From NCBI RefSeq assembly GCF_009914755.1, contig NC_060926.1: DNA of 64,000 bases; one strand, given 5' to 3'. The stretch comes from the human T2T-CHM13v2.0 reference genome, Homo sapiens. Shown here piece by piece: positions 32,473 through 47,385 of the stretch; position 1 is the first letter of the stretch; each line of letters begins with the position of its first letter. A program made the translations under genes and the position numbers. The notes below the pieces were generated by a model, which searched no databases, was not told the origin of the DNA, and saw only the letters and a list, made by a program, of their open reading frames with translations.

Positions 32473-33105
32473 CAGTGGTCCCCGACCTTTTTGGCACCAG
32501 GAACCGGTTTCATGGAAGACAATTTTTCATCGGACTTGGGTGTGGGGCAATGGTTTCAGGGTGATTCAAGCACATTACATTTATTGTGTATTTAATTTCT
32601 GTTATTACTGCATTGTAACATATCATGAAATAATTATACAGCTCACCATAATGTAGAGTCAGTGGGAGCCCTGAGCTTGTTTTCCTGCAACTATATGGTC
32701 CCATCTGGGGGTGATGGTAGACAGTGACACCCAAAGTGTGTTGCTTATGTCCAGTCTACTCCATAATCTCATTTTGGTTGCTGTCACTTCAGAAAACACT
32801 GCTTCATAAAGATAGGATGTTGGAAATGGAAGCAGGCTTTTCAGTGCTGTTGTAGCAATCTCAGGATATTCCACCTTGACTTTAATCTGGAATTTACGGA
32901 GATGTGAAGTTGTCTCAAACATACTTTTATAAGGCCACCATCATTTGCAATCTCAAGCAGTTGATTCTCTTCTAGCACGGACAAAGTTGATTCACCTGGT
33001 TTATTCACAAATGGGTCACAGATCCATGTAATGCTCGAATTCTTTTGAAAGCTGAGACCTATCTCAGAAGTTGCCATAGAGCTGTGTGAACAGACCTGAG
33101 TTAAG
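32473..33105 (-). mobile_element. Charlie3/MER1A-family hAT fragment (one end only)
   Basis: MER1-type terminus cagtggtccccgacctttttggcaccagg followed by transposase-coding sequence on the minus strand. Confidence 0.8.
32659..32922 (-). pseudogene. hAT/Charlie (Buster-type) transposase C-terminal dimerisation region, fossil
   Basis: [27 protein letters not shown]...RLDISNTL.VSLS.ITPR...KQAQGSH follows the Charlie/Buster C-terminal pattern; frameshifted upstream. Confidence 0.8.
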
Positions 33106-33109
33106 GGAA

Positions 33110-34252
33110 TGCATTTGTCAACTTTTGCTTTTGTTGCAATTGCTTTTGTTGTCTTCGTCATGAAATCTTTGCCCATGCCTGTGTCCTGAATGGTATTGCC
33201 TAGGTTGTCTTCCAGGGTTTTTATACTTTTGGCTTTTACATTTAAGTCTTTAATTCATCTTGAGTTAATTTTTGTATATGGCTTAAGGAAGGGGTCCAGT
33301 TTCAGCCTTATGCATATGGCTAGCCAGTTATGCCAGCACCATTTATTGAATACAGAATCCTTTCCCCATTGCTTTTTTTTTTTTTTAATACTTTAATTTC
33401 TGGGATATATGTGCCCAACTTTTCTCTCTGGCTGCCCTTAACATATTTTCCTTCATTTCAGCCTTGGTGAATCTGACCATTATGTGTCTTGGGGTTGCTC
33501 TTCTCAACAGTTGTAGGTGTGTAGCATTATTTCTGGGCTTTCTGTTCTGTTCCATTGGTTTATATGTCTGTTTTTGTACTAGTACCGTACTGTTTTTGGT
33601 TACTGTAGCCCTGTAGTATAGTTTGAAGTCAGGTAGTGTGATGCCTCCAGATTTGTTCTTTTTGCTTAGGATTGCCTTGGCTATTTGGGCTCTTCTTCGG
33701 CTTCATATGAATTTTAAAATAGTTTTCTCTAGTTCTTTGAAGAATGTCAATGGTAGTTTAATAGAGATAGCATTGAATCTATAAATTGCTCTGGGTAGTA
33801 TGACCATGTTAACGATATTGATTCTTCCTATCCATGAGCATGGAATGTTTTTCCATTTGTTAGTGTCCTCTATGATGTCTTTGAGCCGTCGTTTGTAGTT
33901 TTCCTTGCAGAGATCTTTAACTTGCCTAGTTGTGTTCCTAGACATTTTATTCTTTTTGTGGCGGTTGTGAATGGGAGTTCATTCCTGATTTGGCTCTTGG
34001 CTTGACTCTTGTTGGTGTATAGGAATGCTTGTGATTTTTGCACGTTGATTTTGTTCCCTGAGACTTTGCTGAAGTTGTTTATCAGCTTAAGAAGCTTGAG
34101 GGCTGAGACTATGGGGTTTTCTAGATATAGGATCATGTCAACTGCAAACAGGGTTAGTTTGACTTCCTCTCTTCCTATTTGGATACCATTTTTTTCTTTC
34201 CCTTGCCTGATTGCCCTGGTTAGAACTTCCAATACTATGTTGAATAGGAGTG
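33110..34252 (-). mobile_element. Older L1PA/PB ORF2 fragment
   Basis: Minus-strand peptides [13 protein letters not shown]-like and [17 protein letters not shown]; 3'UTR absent. Confidence 0.88.
33373..33507 (-). mobile_element. Mini L1PA chimera (ORF1 fragment fused to the extreme 3' end and poly-A)
   Basis: Poly-T + aatactttaatttctgggatatatgtg joined to antisense ORF1 ctttctctctggctgcccttaaca...gttgctcttctc. Confidence 0.75.
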
Positions 34253-34409
34253 GTAAGCTAGAGCCTCCTTGTCTACACATATATTTACATCACCCCTAAA
34301 TCTGTTTTTATTGACTGTCTTGTCTCTTGATTGTCAGTCACTTTCCCCTGCTTTACACATCTGCTAATTTGTCGTTGTATATTGAACATAGTGAGTGAAA
34401 TGTAGAGTA

Positions 34410-34715
<306 letters not shown>

Positions 34716-35898
34716 ATTTGTTGGAGCTCTGGATTATTAAGTCCCTCTAAATAATAGTGAATTATATTATGGCAGGCAGTTAAATAGCCAGCAGATTACT
34801 TTGATCTTATGGAGATTAGTTTTAAGCTTTTTAAGATAGGTCTGTTTCACCTTTGTTCTTACTCCTAGGACAGAGTTTGTCTAGGGTCTCAACTAAGTGA
34901 CTAAGGTGTTCATCAAGATATCTCTCCTCCGAGCCTGGACCACACCTTCTCAGAACTGCACAACCTCTGAAATCTCTGTTTAGTTAACAGCTATTTTCTC
35001 CTAGAAATTCTAACCCTGTGTACGCACATCCTATGAAGCAAGTAAGGACCAAAGGGCAATTTCATGTGTATTTTTATAGCTTTTTTCCTTTCACTTTCTC
35101 AGTTCTAATAACCTATCCCCAAAACCCTGGCACCATAGCAACCCCAAACATTAATTTTAGTTTTCTTATCCTAGCAGGACTACCACTGTCTGCTTGGGCT
35201 TTGTTTCTCCACAGTATGGTTTGGCAGGTGCCCCCAAGGAGAAAGCCAGCGTGAGACTTGATTCATCTGCCCTTTTCTCCCAAAGATCATAGCCCTGTGT
35301 TGGTTGGTATCTGTTGCTTGTAAATGTTACATACATGTTTTATTTGGTCTATATTTGGTCCGGTTTTTATAGATGCTTGTAACAGGAGAATATTGCAATA
35401 CCAGCTACTCTATATGATCAGAACCCCAAATCCTCATTATTTTAAAATATGAAAACGTATCTCATTATATAATCAGTGAATTTTGATTTGAAACATTTAA
35501 CATGTTACTTGCTGTATTTTCTGATTCATTGTTTACTTGACCCAGATAGTTGAGCCAAATAGGACTTAGATCTCAGTTAATAATAGTAAATATATTCATC
35601 TTATAAAATCGAAATGGCCCTTGCTTTCCAAAGATGGAACCCTAAACAGCTGGGCTAATGGATTTGATATTTTAGAAGATTTCATCTGCAACATTTGAGA
35701 TGCACCTTCACACAAGTTGATCTGGGCATAGCCGTTGTCAGAGAAGCTTCTGTCCTTGGCTGATAAATTATTAATGCTTAATTATTTAACTTTTTTGTTT
35801 GTTTACATATCTAGCATCTTAAAAATATTTCATAAATATTTTAGCCTATGCCCTTTTTTTCTCTACTGTATTCACAGTGTGTAAGGAATACTTGGCTG

Positions 35899-36201
35899 TT
35901 GTTTTTTTTGTTTTGTTTAGAGACAGTGTCTTGCTCTATCTTCCAGGATGGAATGTGGTAGTACCACCATAGTTTAGTGCAGGCTTGAACTCCTGGGCTC
36001 AAGGGAATCCTCCCACCTCAACTTCCCAAGTAGCTGAGACTACGGGCATGCGCCACCATGACCACCTAATTTAAAAAATTCTTTAGAGACGAAGTCTCAC
36101 TATGTTGTTCAGGCTGGTCTCTAACTCCTGGTCTCAAGTGATCCTCCCACCTCGACCTCCCACACTGCTGGAATTATAGGCATGAGCCGCGGTGCCTGGC
36201 C
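35899..36201 (-). mobile_element. AluJ
   Basis: Diverged dimeric Alu; degenerate TSD ta(c/t)ttggct(g/c)tt. Confidence 0.85.
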
Positions 36202-36855
36202 TATTTGGCTCTTAAATGTGCTGCCTTTTGACTTATTTCATATTCTTGAAGGGAATAATCATTTAAATATTTTTGCCATCATAGTGCTTTGTATGTCTCT
36301 CCTGAAGCTCATTTAATAGCATGTCCATCTGTGATAGATGTGATCTGTTCTTTGGGAAAGGATGTATGACATAGCTCTGTTTTCTTCCTAGTACTTGCAT
36401 AAAGAAACTTTCAGTATTCATTGGAATGGAGTTGGTGAGCATAGAAAGAGTTATAGTTATCACATAAGGAAGCTACATGACTCACTCTCTGCTGCCTCAC
36501 TGCTTCCCCTGGGTAATTGTCTGTCCTGATTCCCATGTGGATTCAAGAATCCCCCAAGGAAGCCCTGGTGGGAAGACCTGGAAGGTCTGGCTCTTTGCCC
36601 AGATGCTGGTGTTGGTGTTGATGTTGATGGATGTGCTCTGCTGATCATAATACTCTAGAGAAGAAATTGCATCTTATCTTTGAACCCACCATTCATAATG
36701 TTTATTCCTAACTCAAATTGGATAGTTCAGTATCTGTATATCAGGAATTTGGTTTCATATTAAAGGTAATATCCATTTATTTGAGTCTTTGCCCTTATTA
36801 TTTAACATTCTTTTCAATAATTAGACTTAATAATTATGCTTCCAAATGTTTAAAA

Positions 36856-36990
36856 TAAAGCTGGACTTGCACATATATATATGTATACTTTACATATATA
36901 TATACACAGCTTTACATACACACATGTGTGTGTATGTAAAGCTGGACTTGCATGTGTATATGTATACACGTATACATGTATGCACACATA
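36856..36990. repeat. TA/CA/TG low-complexity tract with internal palindrome and direct repeat
   Basis: Alternating purine-pyrimidine tract; see findings. Confidence 0.8.
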
Positions 36991-37134
36991 GCAAGATTTA
37001 CTTTTGAAAATATTTATCCTGAAACTCCTTTATCCTCTTGGTAATTCAGTATAGTAGCTCTTCCTCTTAAATATTATTCCTAGTGACATTTTATGACTCT
37101 GTTTTTCCATTTACCTTTTGAATTCTATCCATAA

Positions 37135-37431
<297 letters not shown>

Positions 37432-38388
37432 TCTATAATTTTTAGTGTATCAGTTTGGTTTCCACCAAGAAAAGTGACAGCTGTACTATGTGAGGAATTA
37501 GTAATAGTATTATGACACTTTTTTTTTTGAATGTGCAGACATTTCCTTTTGATGATTCATTTGATTTGTTTATGATAAACTTCAGAGCATGTAGTTTTGG
37601 CTTTCTTTTGCAATTATTTAATTTTTTCATGTAAAATCTGGATGTTGATAGGCACTTGATACATTAAATAGGTACTTAATTTTAGCACTAGGTTAATTTA
37701 CAACTTTGGATTCACTGTATTTTTTGACATCACTTACTTTGAATCACTGTGAGATGACTTTCATTTTTCTTCATCAAGAATATCTTGTGTGGGATGTGTG
37801 CTAGTTCTTTATATCCTTCGTTTTTGAAAATGTCTTAAGTTTTACCCTAGACTTAATTGATAGTTTGGGTAGAGAATTTTAGATTGGAAATAATTTCTCA
37901 GAGTTTTGAAAATATTGCCTTCTATTAATATTGCTGATGAGGAGTCTGATACTATTTCAATTCCTGATTGTTTATGTATGACGTATTGTTTGTAGACATT
38001 TAAAACGTGTTTTCCTTTTCACTTTTTTTTTTGCTTAAATTTCATGTAGATTGTGCATGAAATCCACCAGCTTGCAATATGACACTCTTTTGCTTTCCAC
38101 TATGCTTGATGTCCCTAGATTTGAAGCCACTTCAGTTTATCTTAGAATAATTCAGGGGAGGTATGGGATTGAGAACTGAGGGACACAACTGTTCCCTACA
38201 TGGATCTTCAACCTTCCTTTCCCATTTTTAGCCTCATGCCTTATCTTGCTGTTTCTCACACTTATCCTCCAATGTTTGAGCCTTTCTGTATATTTGATTT
38301 GCTTCCTGTTGATATCTTTCTCTGCAGGTATTTGGTGTTTAGCTCTGCTGTCTCTTCCACATGCTTTCTATCTTCCAAAGTGTATTAG

Positions 38389-38697
<309 letters not shown>

Positions 38698-39185
38698 TGT
38701 GTGTTAGTATCTCTTTAGCCGATATCTTCTCTCCTTTTGTTGTTCTTGTGGTTTTTATGTTTTTAGTACATTCCTTCTTTTTTTTTCCCCCTCAAATTAG
38801 TGGGCTTTCAGGAATGAGTAAAGGTAAACACATTTTCAGTCCATCACATTTAACTGTAGGTTTAAGCATTTTTGAACAGTAAGTTATTAATTCTTTTTCC
38901 TTTAGAAGACTAACAACAGTGGATGGTGGTTTGCCATGACATTTGAAGTCACATTCTTGTATTTTAATTAAAATCAAGTTTTTATTTTTGAAGTTTGCCT
39001 CTCCCCCCATTTCTATTTTACATGTGTTTTGGGGACTATAACAAGAGTCACCTTAACCAGTTTGTAATCAAGCACCTAAATATTGCAATCTTATCTCAAC
39101 CTTTATTCTTTTACTGTAACTGCTTCCTCAGTGATTATTATCTAGTTAAGAAATTCATCAGTTTATCAAGGCTCATTTTGTTTGA

Positions 39186-39573
<388 letters not shown>

Positions 39574-39732
39574 CATCTGTTTCTTACATATCAGTATTCC
39601 TTGAGGATTTACTATTGTCTTTTGTATCTTTTCACTTTCAATTATTTCGTGGTTGCTGAAGATTGTGGTATCTGTTATCTCTAGTTTGGATATCTTTCCA
39701 CAACTCAAATTCTGTGTTTGCTGAAGATTTCA

Positions 39733-40005
39733 GTGGTGGTTTTAAAATCTTCGAAATATTTCTTACTGAGAGAGAGAGGCTGTATTCCCTTTACTTGAAC
39801 CTTGGTGAGCCTTTATGAGTGCCGTTTTCTTCCAATAGAATCTGTTGAAAGAGATGTTGCATGACTTCCCTCGCTAGCTTAGAAAAGACCCTTCAGCTTC
39901 TGCTATTGTTTTATGGTAAACTCACTCTCGAAGAACTTTTAGCTGCTCTGTAAGAAGTCTGGCTCCCCTGAGGCCACCATGTGGAGACTCTGTGGAAAGA
40001 CAACA
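39733..40005 (+). mobile_element. MLT1-type LTR fragment
   Basis: gtggtggttttaaaat...cttgaacc...caatagaat...catgacttcc...gaggccaccatgtggaga. Confidence 0.5.
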
Positions 40006-40659
40006 TGCTATAACTATATCTTTTTGATATGTTGTCTTTTCATATTCATTTAGTTCAGAATATTTTCCAAATTCCCGCTAGACTTCCTGTTTCCCCCAGG
40101 CATTATTTATATGTATGTCGTTTAGTTTTCAAATAGTTGAGGATTTTCCATATATCTTTCGCTTAATGATTTCTATTTCAATTCTGTTATGGCTAGAGAA
40201 CATACTTTGTATGATTTCAGTTCTTTTAAATTTGATAAGGTTTGTTTTAAGGGCCAGAATATGACATATCTTGGTGAATAATCCATGTGCACTTAAAAAG
40301 GATGTCTGTTCTACTCTTTTTGGGGGGGAGGCAGGGCGGTGGAAAGGGCTAGAAATATCAGTTAGGTTAAGTTGGTTAGTAGTATTTTTGTTTTTATATT
40401 TTAAAAAAATTGAGACATTCTGTGTTGCTCAGGTTGGTCTCCAACTCCTGGGCTTAAACAGCCCTCCCACCTCAGGCTCCCAGGTAGCAGGGATTACAGG
40501 CACACGGTAGTGTTTTTATATCTTTGCTGCTTTTCTTTTAACTTTGTTCTATCAATTATCGAGAGAGTAGCATTGAAGTCTTCAAGTATAATTGTGCATT
40601 TATCTATTTCTTTCAGTTATATAATTTTTATCTTTTGTATTTTGGAGCCCTGTTGTTAG

Positions 40660-41043
<384 letters not shown>

Positions 41044-41536
41044 TAAGCCATATTAAAAGAAAGCAAGTTTTTATTTGGTAGTTGTATAGGGTCTTTCCTA
41101 CGTATATACTTATTTCTATAAACTGAATAACTTCTCCCAGCTTTTCAACTTGTGGAAATTATCTTGTTTTTCAATGTGTTGTCCATCTATCAACTTGCTT
41201 AACTGAGATATGCTTTAGTTTTAATAGTTTTGAATAATATTTAGAGTATGTTTCTGTAGAAACAGCTTTTTTTTATATATCCAGATTAATATTACCGTAA
41301 TTTTACTGGGATATGGCCTTCCGTTTAGTCATAGGTATTAATATCTATGAAGTAATAGTAATGTGTGTTTATTATGTCCACAGAGTTTTCACTTTTCACA
41401 CTTGTTTCATTCTTGTCAGTAACAATGTGGTGGGGCAGTTACCTCTTTTTTACAGATAGAGGAATCAAATCCAGGGATTTTGCGGCTTGCCCACAGCCAC
41501 GTGCTAAGCAGTAGAGCCCAGGCTAGAACCCAAGCC

Positions 41537-41849
<313 letters not shown>

Positions 41850-42481
41850 TGACCCTTCAAACTGGTGTTTTTATTTCCCACAACATCTGCTATCAATTGG
41901 ATGGTCTTCTGTTTCATCTCTATATGTCATTGTGAAAAGTGACACAAATTTAAAAATTAAAAGTTATGGCCATGAAAGACTAAATAGTCTGTGATGCTGT
42001 TTTTCTTATCTTTTGTTGAACATAAGAATATAATAGTAAGTTACTAAGGAAGGTTTATTAGAAGTTCAGATTGGTGCTTTTCCACCTCAATTTTATAGGT
42101 CTGTGTTGGGACCCAGGTGTGTATATATTAAATGAGTACACAAGATAGTTCTGATGCACATATTCTCTGGCCTTACAGAGAAACACAGTTGGGAGAGATG
42201 GAGACTGCCTTGGCCTCATTAACATTCTATAATTAGCCATATATTTATAGAACACATTTTCCTATTTGTTCATTGCATATACCAAGTGAGACAGAATCAA
42301 AATCCATGTTAAAACCTAGCTGCACTATACTTATTTTTCTCCTCACTCATGGAGTAGGATTTTCTGTTTAGTGTTTTTCTAAAGCTGAATGAGAAAATAA
42401 TCTGTACAAGGATAGTGTTTAGCAAGAGCTTTTGAGCCCTTACCGGAAACTATAAACTCTAAAGGAACTGTAAACTCTAAA

Positions 42482-42726
42482 GCAATGATTCCTAAATGGG
42501 GCAGACTTTGCATCTCCCCAACCCAATCTCCAAGGGACATTTGGCAACGTCTGTAGACATTTTTTGTTGTCACAGTTGGATGGTGGGTGCTACTGGCCTC
42601 TAGTGGCTAGAAGCCAAGGATGCTGCTAAACTTCCTTACAATACACAGTACAATCCCTCCCCTATCCCCCACAATAGAGAATGATCCTAATACAAAATAT
42701 TGACAGTGTCAAAGTTGGAAAACTGT
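42482..42726 (+). mobile_element. MER20
   Basis: agggacatttggcaacgtctgtagacatttt...tgctactggcctctagtgg...ggatgctgctaaac. Confidence 0.85.
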
Positions 42727-42784
42727 GCTCTAAGGTTAATATTCAATAACATATTTTTGATGAGTAAATTTTTAAAATAATCTT

Positions 42785-43080
42785 AGGTGAGTGTGGTTGC
42801 TCACGCTTGTAATCCCAGTGCTTTGGGAGGCCGAGACAGAAGGATTGCTTGAGGCTAGGAGTTCAAGACTAGTTAGGGCAACATAGCAAGACCCCTTCTC
42901 TACAAAAATAAAAAATAAAATTAGTCAGGCATGGTGGCATGCACCTGTAGTCCTAACTGCTTGGGAGGCTGAAGCAGAAGGATTGCTTGGGCCAGGAGTT
43001 CGAGGTTACAGTGAACTGTGATTGTGTCCCTGTACTCCAACCTGGACAACAGAGTGAGACCCTATCTCTAAAAATAAAAT
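42785..43080 (+). mobile_element. AluJ (sense)
   Basis: aggattgcttgagg...gcaacatagcaagacccc; dimeric with short A tail. Confidence 0.88.
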
Positions 43081-43926
43081 AGTTTTTTAGCTGCAGTTTT
43101 GATCTAACTAGGCGTTTCTTCTTCAGAAAGTTGAGTCAAGTGATTTTGTTTTGTCTGTAGCCGTACCCCTATACATACACATTTGCTTCCTAAGTTGATA
43201 GTGTGCGTTGTGAGAATACTTGAAGGTTGCTTGAAGATACTAATCACACAATGGATAAATAGGTATAACTGCATCAACAAACCGATTCACAAATCTTTTA
43301 TCACCCTGTTGGGGGGAAATCTATTTGAGTTTAACCTTTAAAGGAAGGCAAAGAGGGAAAGTAGAATGTTTCAAAGTACTAACTTTGAAGTAGGGAGCAT
43401 TTAAAATATAAAGTAAAATTTGCAAGTTTTGTGTGCATCAGCATTACATGAGAGTCTCCACTGAGCTGTTTGTTTACTTGCTAATTTTCCTTGGTCAAAC
43501 AAAAACTTCTTCCCATTCTGAATGAATGTGAACTAGTATTTTATTGAGGATTTTGGCAGTGCAAGTGGGCCAGAAATAACTTTTTATTACAAGTATAGCA
43601 TATATACAATAAAGAACAAATCTTAAATGTAAGACAAGAATTTATAAGGTGAAATCTCCTGTGAAACTATCACTGGATCGAGATAATAGAATATTACCAG
43701 TACTTCAGATGCGTCCGTTGTGCTTCCTTACTGTTACTATTTGTCTCTTGCCTAAAGTAGTCACCATTCTGAGGTCTGTCATTATAGTCTAGTTTTGTTT
43801 TTGTTTTTGAATGTTATTGAGTTAAACTATATGAGATTGTGTTTTTATAGGTTGTAATTATAAGCAATTTCATATATGTAGTTCAATCTAAGTATTTTTT
43901 CCCCATTGCTGTATAATACTTCATTT

Positions 43927-44452
43927 ATGGTAGCTAGTGTCAATAGATGGCCCCCTACACGTACACTTGATACTCACACCGTTGTAAAGTCCCTCACCCC
44001 TTGAATCTTGGCTGGCTTCTAAGTGACTCACTTTTAACCCTGACAGTAAAGTTACCCTTTGTGGCTCCCAGTCATAAGAAGCCTTGCAGCTTCCAATTGG
44101 GTCTCCTTAGAACACACACTCTTGGGGACAGTCCATTTTAGACTTCAGCTGTCATGCTGTGAGATGTTCTCACCATATGGAGAAGCCATATGTCAGTGCT
44201 CTGGTCATTAGCTCCAGCTGACCTCCCAGCCAACAGTCAGCATCAGTTGCCAGCCATATGAGCAAGGCATCTTGTACGTCAGATTCAATCAAACTTCTGA
44301 TGACTTTACTATCTGCTGTCTAACTGTAGCCACAAGTGAGAACCGCCATGTGGGCCCAGTCAACCCACAGAACCATGAGTAATACTAATATTTGTTTGGT
44401 TTATGTTTGTGTATTTGTCTTAGCATTGTGGTGTATTTGCTGCATAGCAACG
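43927..44452 (+). mobile_element. MLT1F/H-like LTR within an old L1M 3' fragment
   Basis: tatggtag...agatggcccc...gccttgcagcttcc...ctcccagccaacagtcagcatca...aacccacagaaccatgag. Confidence 0.6.
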
Positions 44453-44869
44453 TAAAATGCATCATTGCATGAATATACCAAAATTTATTCAGTTTACTGT
44501 TGGTGGACCCTTGATTTGTACACTTTGGGGCTACTATGAATACTGTAGCTCTAAACAGTCTTACAATACATATATTGGTGAATATATTCATATACTTCTG
44601 TTGGGCAATTATCTAAGAGTGGAAATGCTGGGTCAGCTTCAGGAGACACTGTGAAACAGTTTTCCAAAGTGGCTATAAGTATGTATGCTCCAGCAGTTTA
44701 TGAGACTGCATTTGTCCCACATCTTCAAAAATACCTTATATTTTAAAATTTTAGCCATTCTGTTGCTTATGTTGTAGAATTTCATTGTGGTTTTACCTTC
44801 TGTTAGTGAATTTTCCCAACATCTTTTCACTTGCTTTTCCCAACATCTTTTCACTTTCTTTTTTACATA

Positions 44870-45012
44870 AGTAGAAGGCTCTACAATAAAAAGTATAGGA
44901 TAGTAAATGCTAGGTGATAGGAATTTTTTATCTCCATTATAATCTTTTGGGACCACCATAGTATATGCAGTTTATCATTGACTGAAAAGCAGTTAATGAG
45001 GCACATGACTGT
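44870..45012 (+). mobile_element. Tigger3-family terminal fragment
   Basis: ctccattataatcttttgggaccaccatagtatatgcag...gcacatgactgta. Confidence 0.7.
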
Positions 45013-45254
45013 ACTGAAAGCTTTCCCCTGAAACTGGAAACAAGGTAAGAATGTCCACTATCCACCACCCTTTATTCATTGTGTTTTTTGGGTTTTTCTT
45101 CCCATATATTTGTTGACCATTTAGGTTTCCAATTCTTATCTCACTCTTTCTGTGGTTTGTCAGTGATTTTTGTTTCTCATGCTGAAATCTCCTACTATGA
45201 GGGATTTGTCCATTTCTTCTTTTAGGACTGTCAGCTTTTTACTTTGTGTGTTTT

Positions 45255-46317
45255 TTTTGAACGGTTTAATTGAGATGTGATTCACATTAAAGTGGATGAT
45301 TCACCTTTTAAAAGTGTATGGTTCAATGTTTTTATGTATCACAGAATTAATTTTTAAAAATTGTTGTAAAATACATATAACGAAATTTACCACTTTAGCC
45401 ATTTTTATATATACAATTCAGTGGTATCAATTAAGTTCACAATGTTGTATAACCTTTCATGTCTACTTCCAACTTTTTATTTTGCCAAACAGAAACTCTA
45501 GCCATGTGGCAGTTGTTCCCATGATTCTCTCCCCTCAGCTCCTGTTAACCTCGAATCTTTGTTTCTCTATGAATTTACCTAGTCTAGATATTGGTTATAA
45601 GTAGAATCATACAATATATGTCTTATTGTGTTTGGCTTATTTCACTTAGCTTAATGTTTTCAAGGAAGCATGTAGCATGTATCAGAACTTTCACTTTTTT
45701 TTCATTCCAGAATAATGTTTTATTGTATGGGTATACCACATTTTGTTTACTCATTCATCTGCTGACAGGCACTTGGGTTGTTTCTACCTTTTACTTATGT
45801 GATTAATGTTGCAAACATTGGCATACAAGTATCTGTTCAAGTCTTTGTTTTCAATTCTTTGGAGTCTATACCTAGGAGGAGCATTTCTGGATCACGTGAT
45901 AATTCAGTGTTTAACCTTTAAGAAACTGCCAAGCTGTTTTACATGGTGTCTGCACCATTTTAAATTCCCACCAGCAATGTACCAGGGTGCCTATTTATAC
46001 ATATCATTACCAACACTGTTATTTTCCAGGTTTTTTTTTTAATAGCTATCTTAGTAGGTGTCAAGTGGTTACATTGTAACCATTGTAGGTTACACTATTT
46101 TTGAGACTGCAGTCATTTACTGCATAATAATGTTTCATGGGCCATAGTCACAAAGGTGTGTATTCCTATATTTTCCTCCAAGACTTTTGTAGTTCTAGCT
46201 ATTAATTTTAGGTCCAAACTTCATTTGGAGTTAATTTTCTATATGGTATGAGGTAGGGGTCCAATTTATTCTTTTGTATGTGGATATCTTTTTGTCTCAG
46301 CACCATTTGTTGAAATG
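45255..46317 (-). mobile_element. L1MB 3' fragment (continues after 47393)
   Basis: aaatttaccactttagccattttt...gtagaatcatacaatat...cagcaccatttgttgaa. Confidence 0.75.
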
Positions 46318-46322
46318 ATAAT

Positions 46323-47027
<705 letters not shown>

Positions 47028-47033
47028 ATAATT

Positions 47034-47385
47034 CAGCAGTACCCAAACTTTTTGGCACCAGGGACTGGTTTCAAGGAAGACAATTTTTCCATGGATGGGG
47101 GGTGGCAGTAGGGCGTGGTTTGGGGATGAAACAGTTCTACCTGAGATCTGGCATTAGATTCTAATAAGGAGTTTGCAACCTAGATCCCTTTCATGCACAG
47201 TTCACAATAGGGTTCATGTTCCTATGAGAATCTAATGCTATCACTGATTTGAGGAGGTGCAGCTTAGACAGTAATGCTTGCTAGCTCAATACTCTCCCGC
47301 CCATCGCTCACCTCCTGCTTTGTGGCCTGGTTCCTAGCAGGCCATGGACTGATACTGGTTATGGCTTAGGGGTTGGGGACACCTA
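47034..47385 (+). mobile_element. MER1B (hAT-Charlie MITE)
   Basis: cagcagtacccaaactttttggcaccagggactgg...ggggttggggacaccta; perfect 8-bp TSD caataatt. Confidence 0.88.

Noticed and set aside
44811-44856. 24-bp-period tandem duplication ttttcccaacatcttttcactt
   Set aside because: Ordinary slippage duplication inside an old L1.
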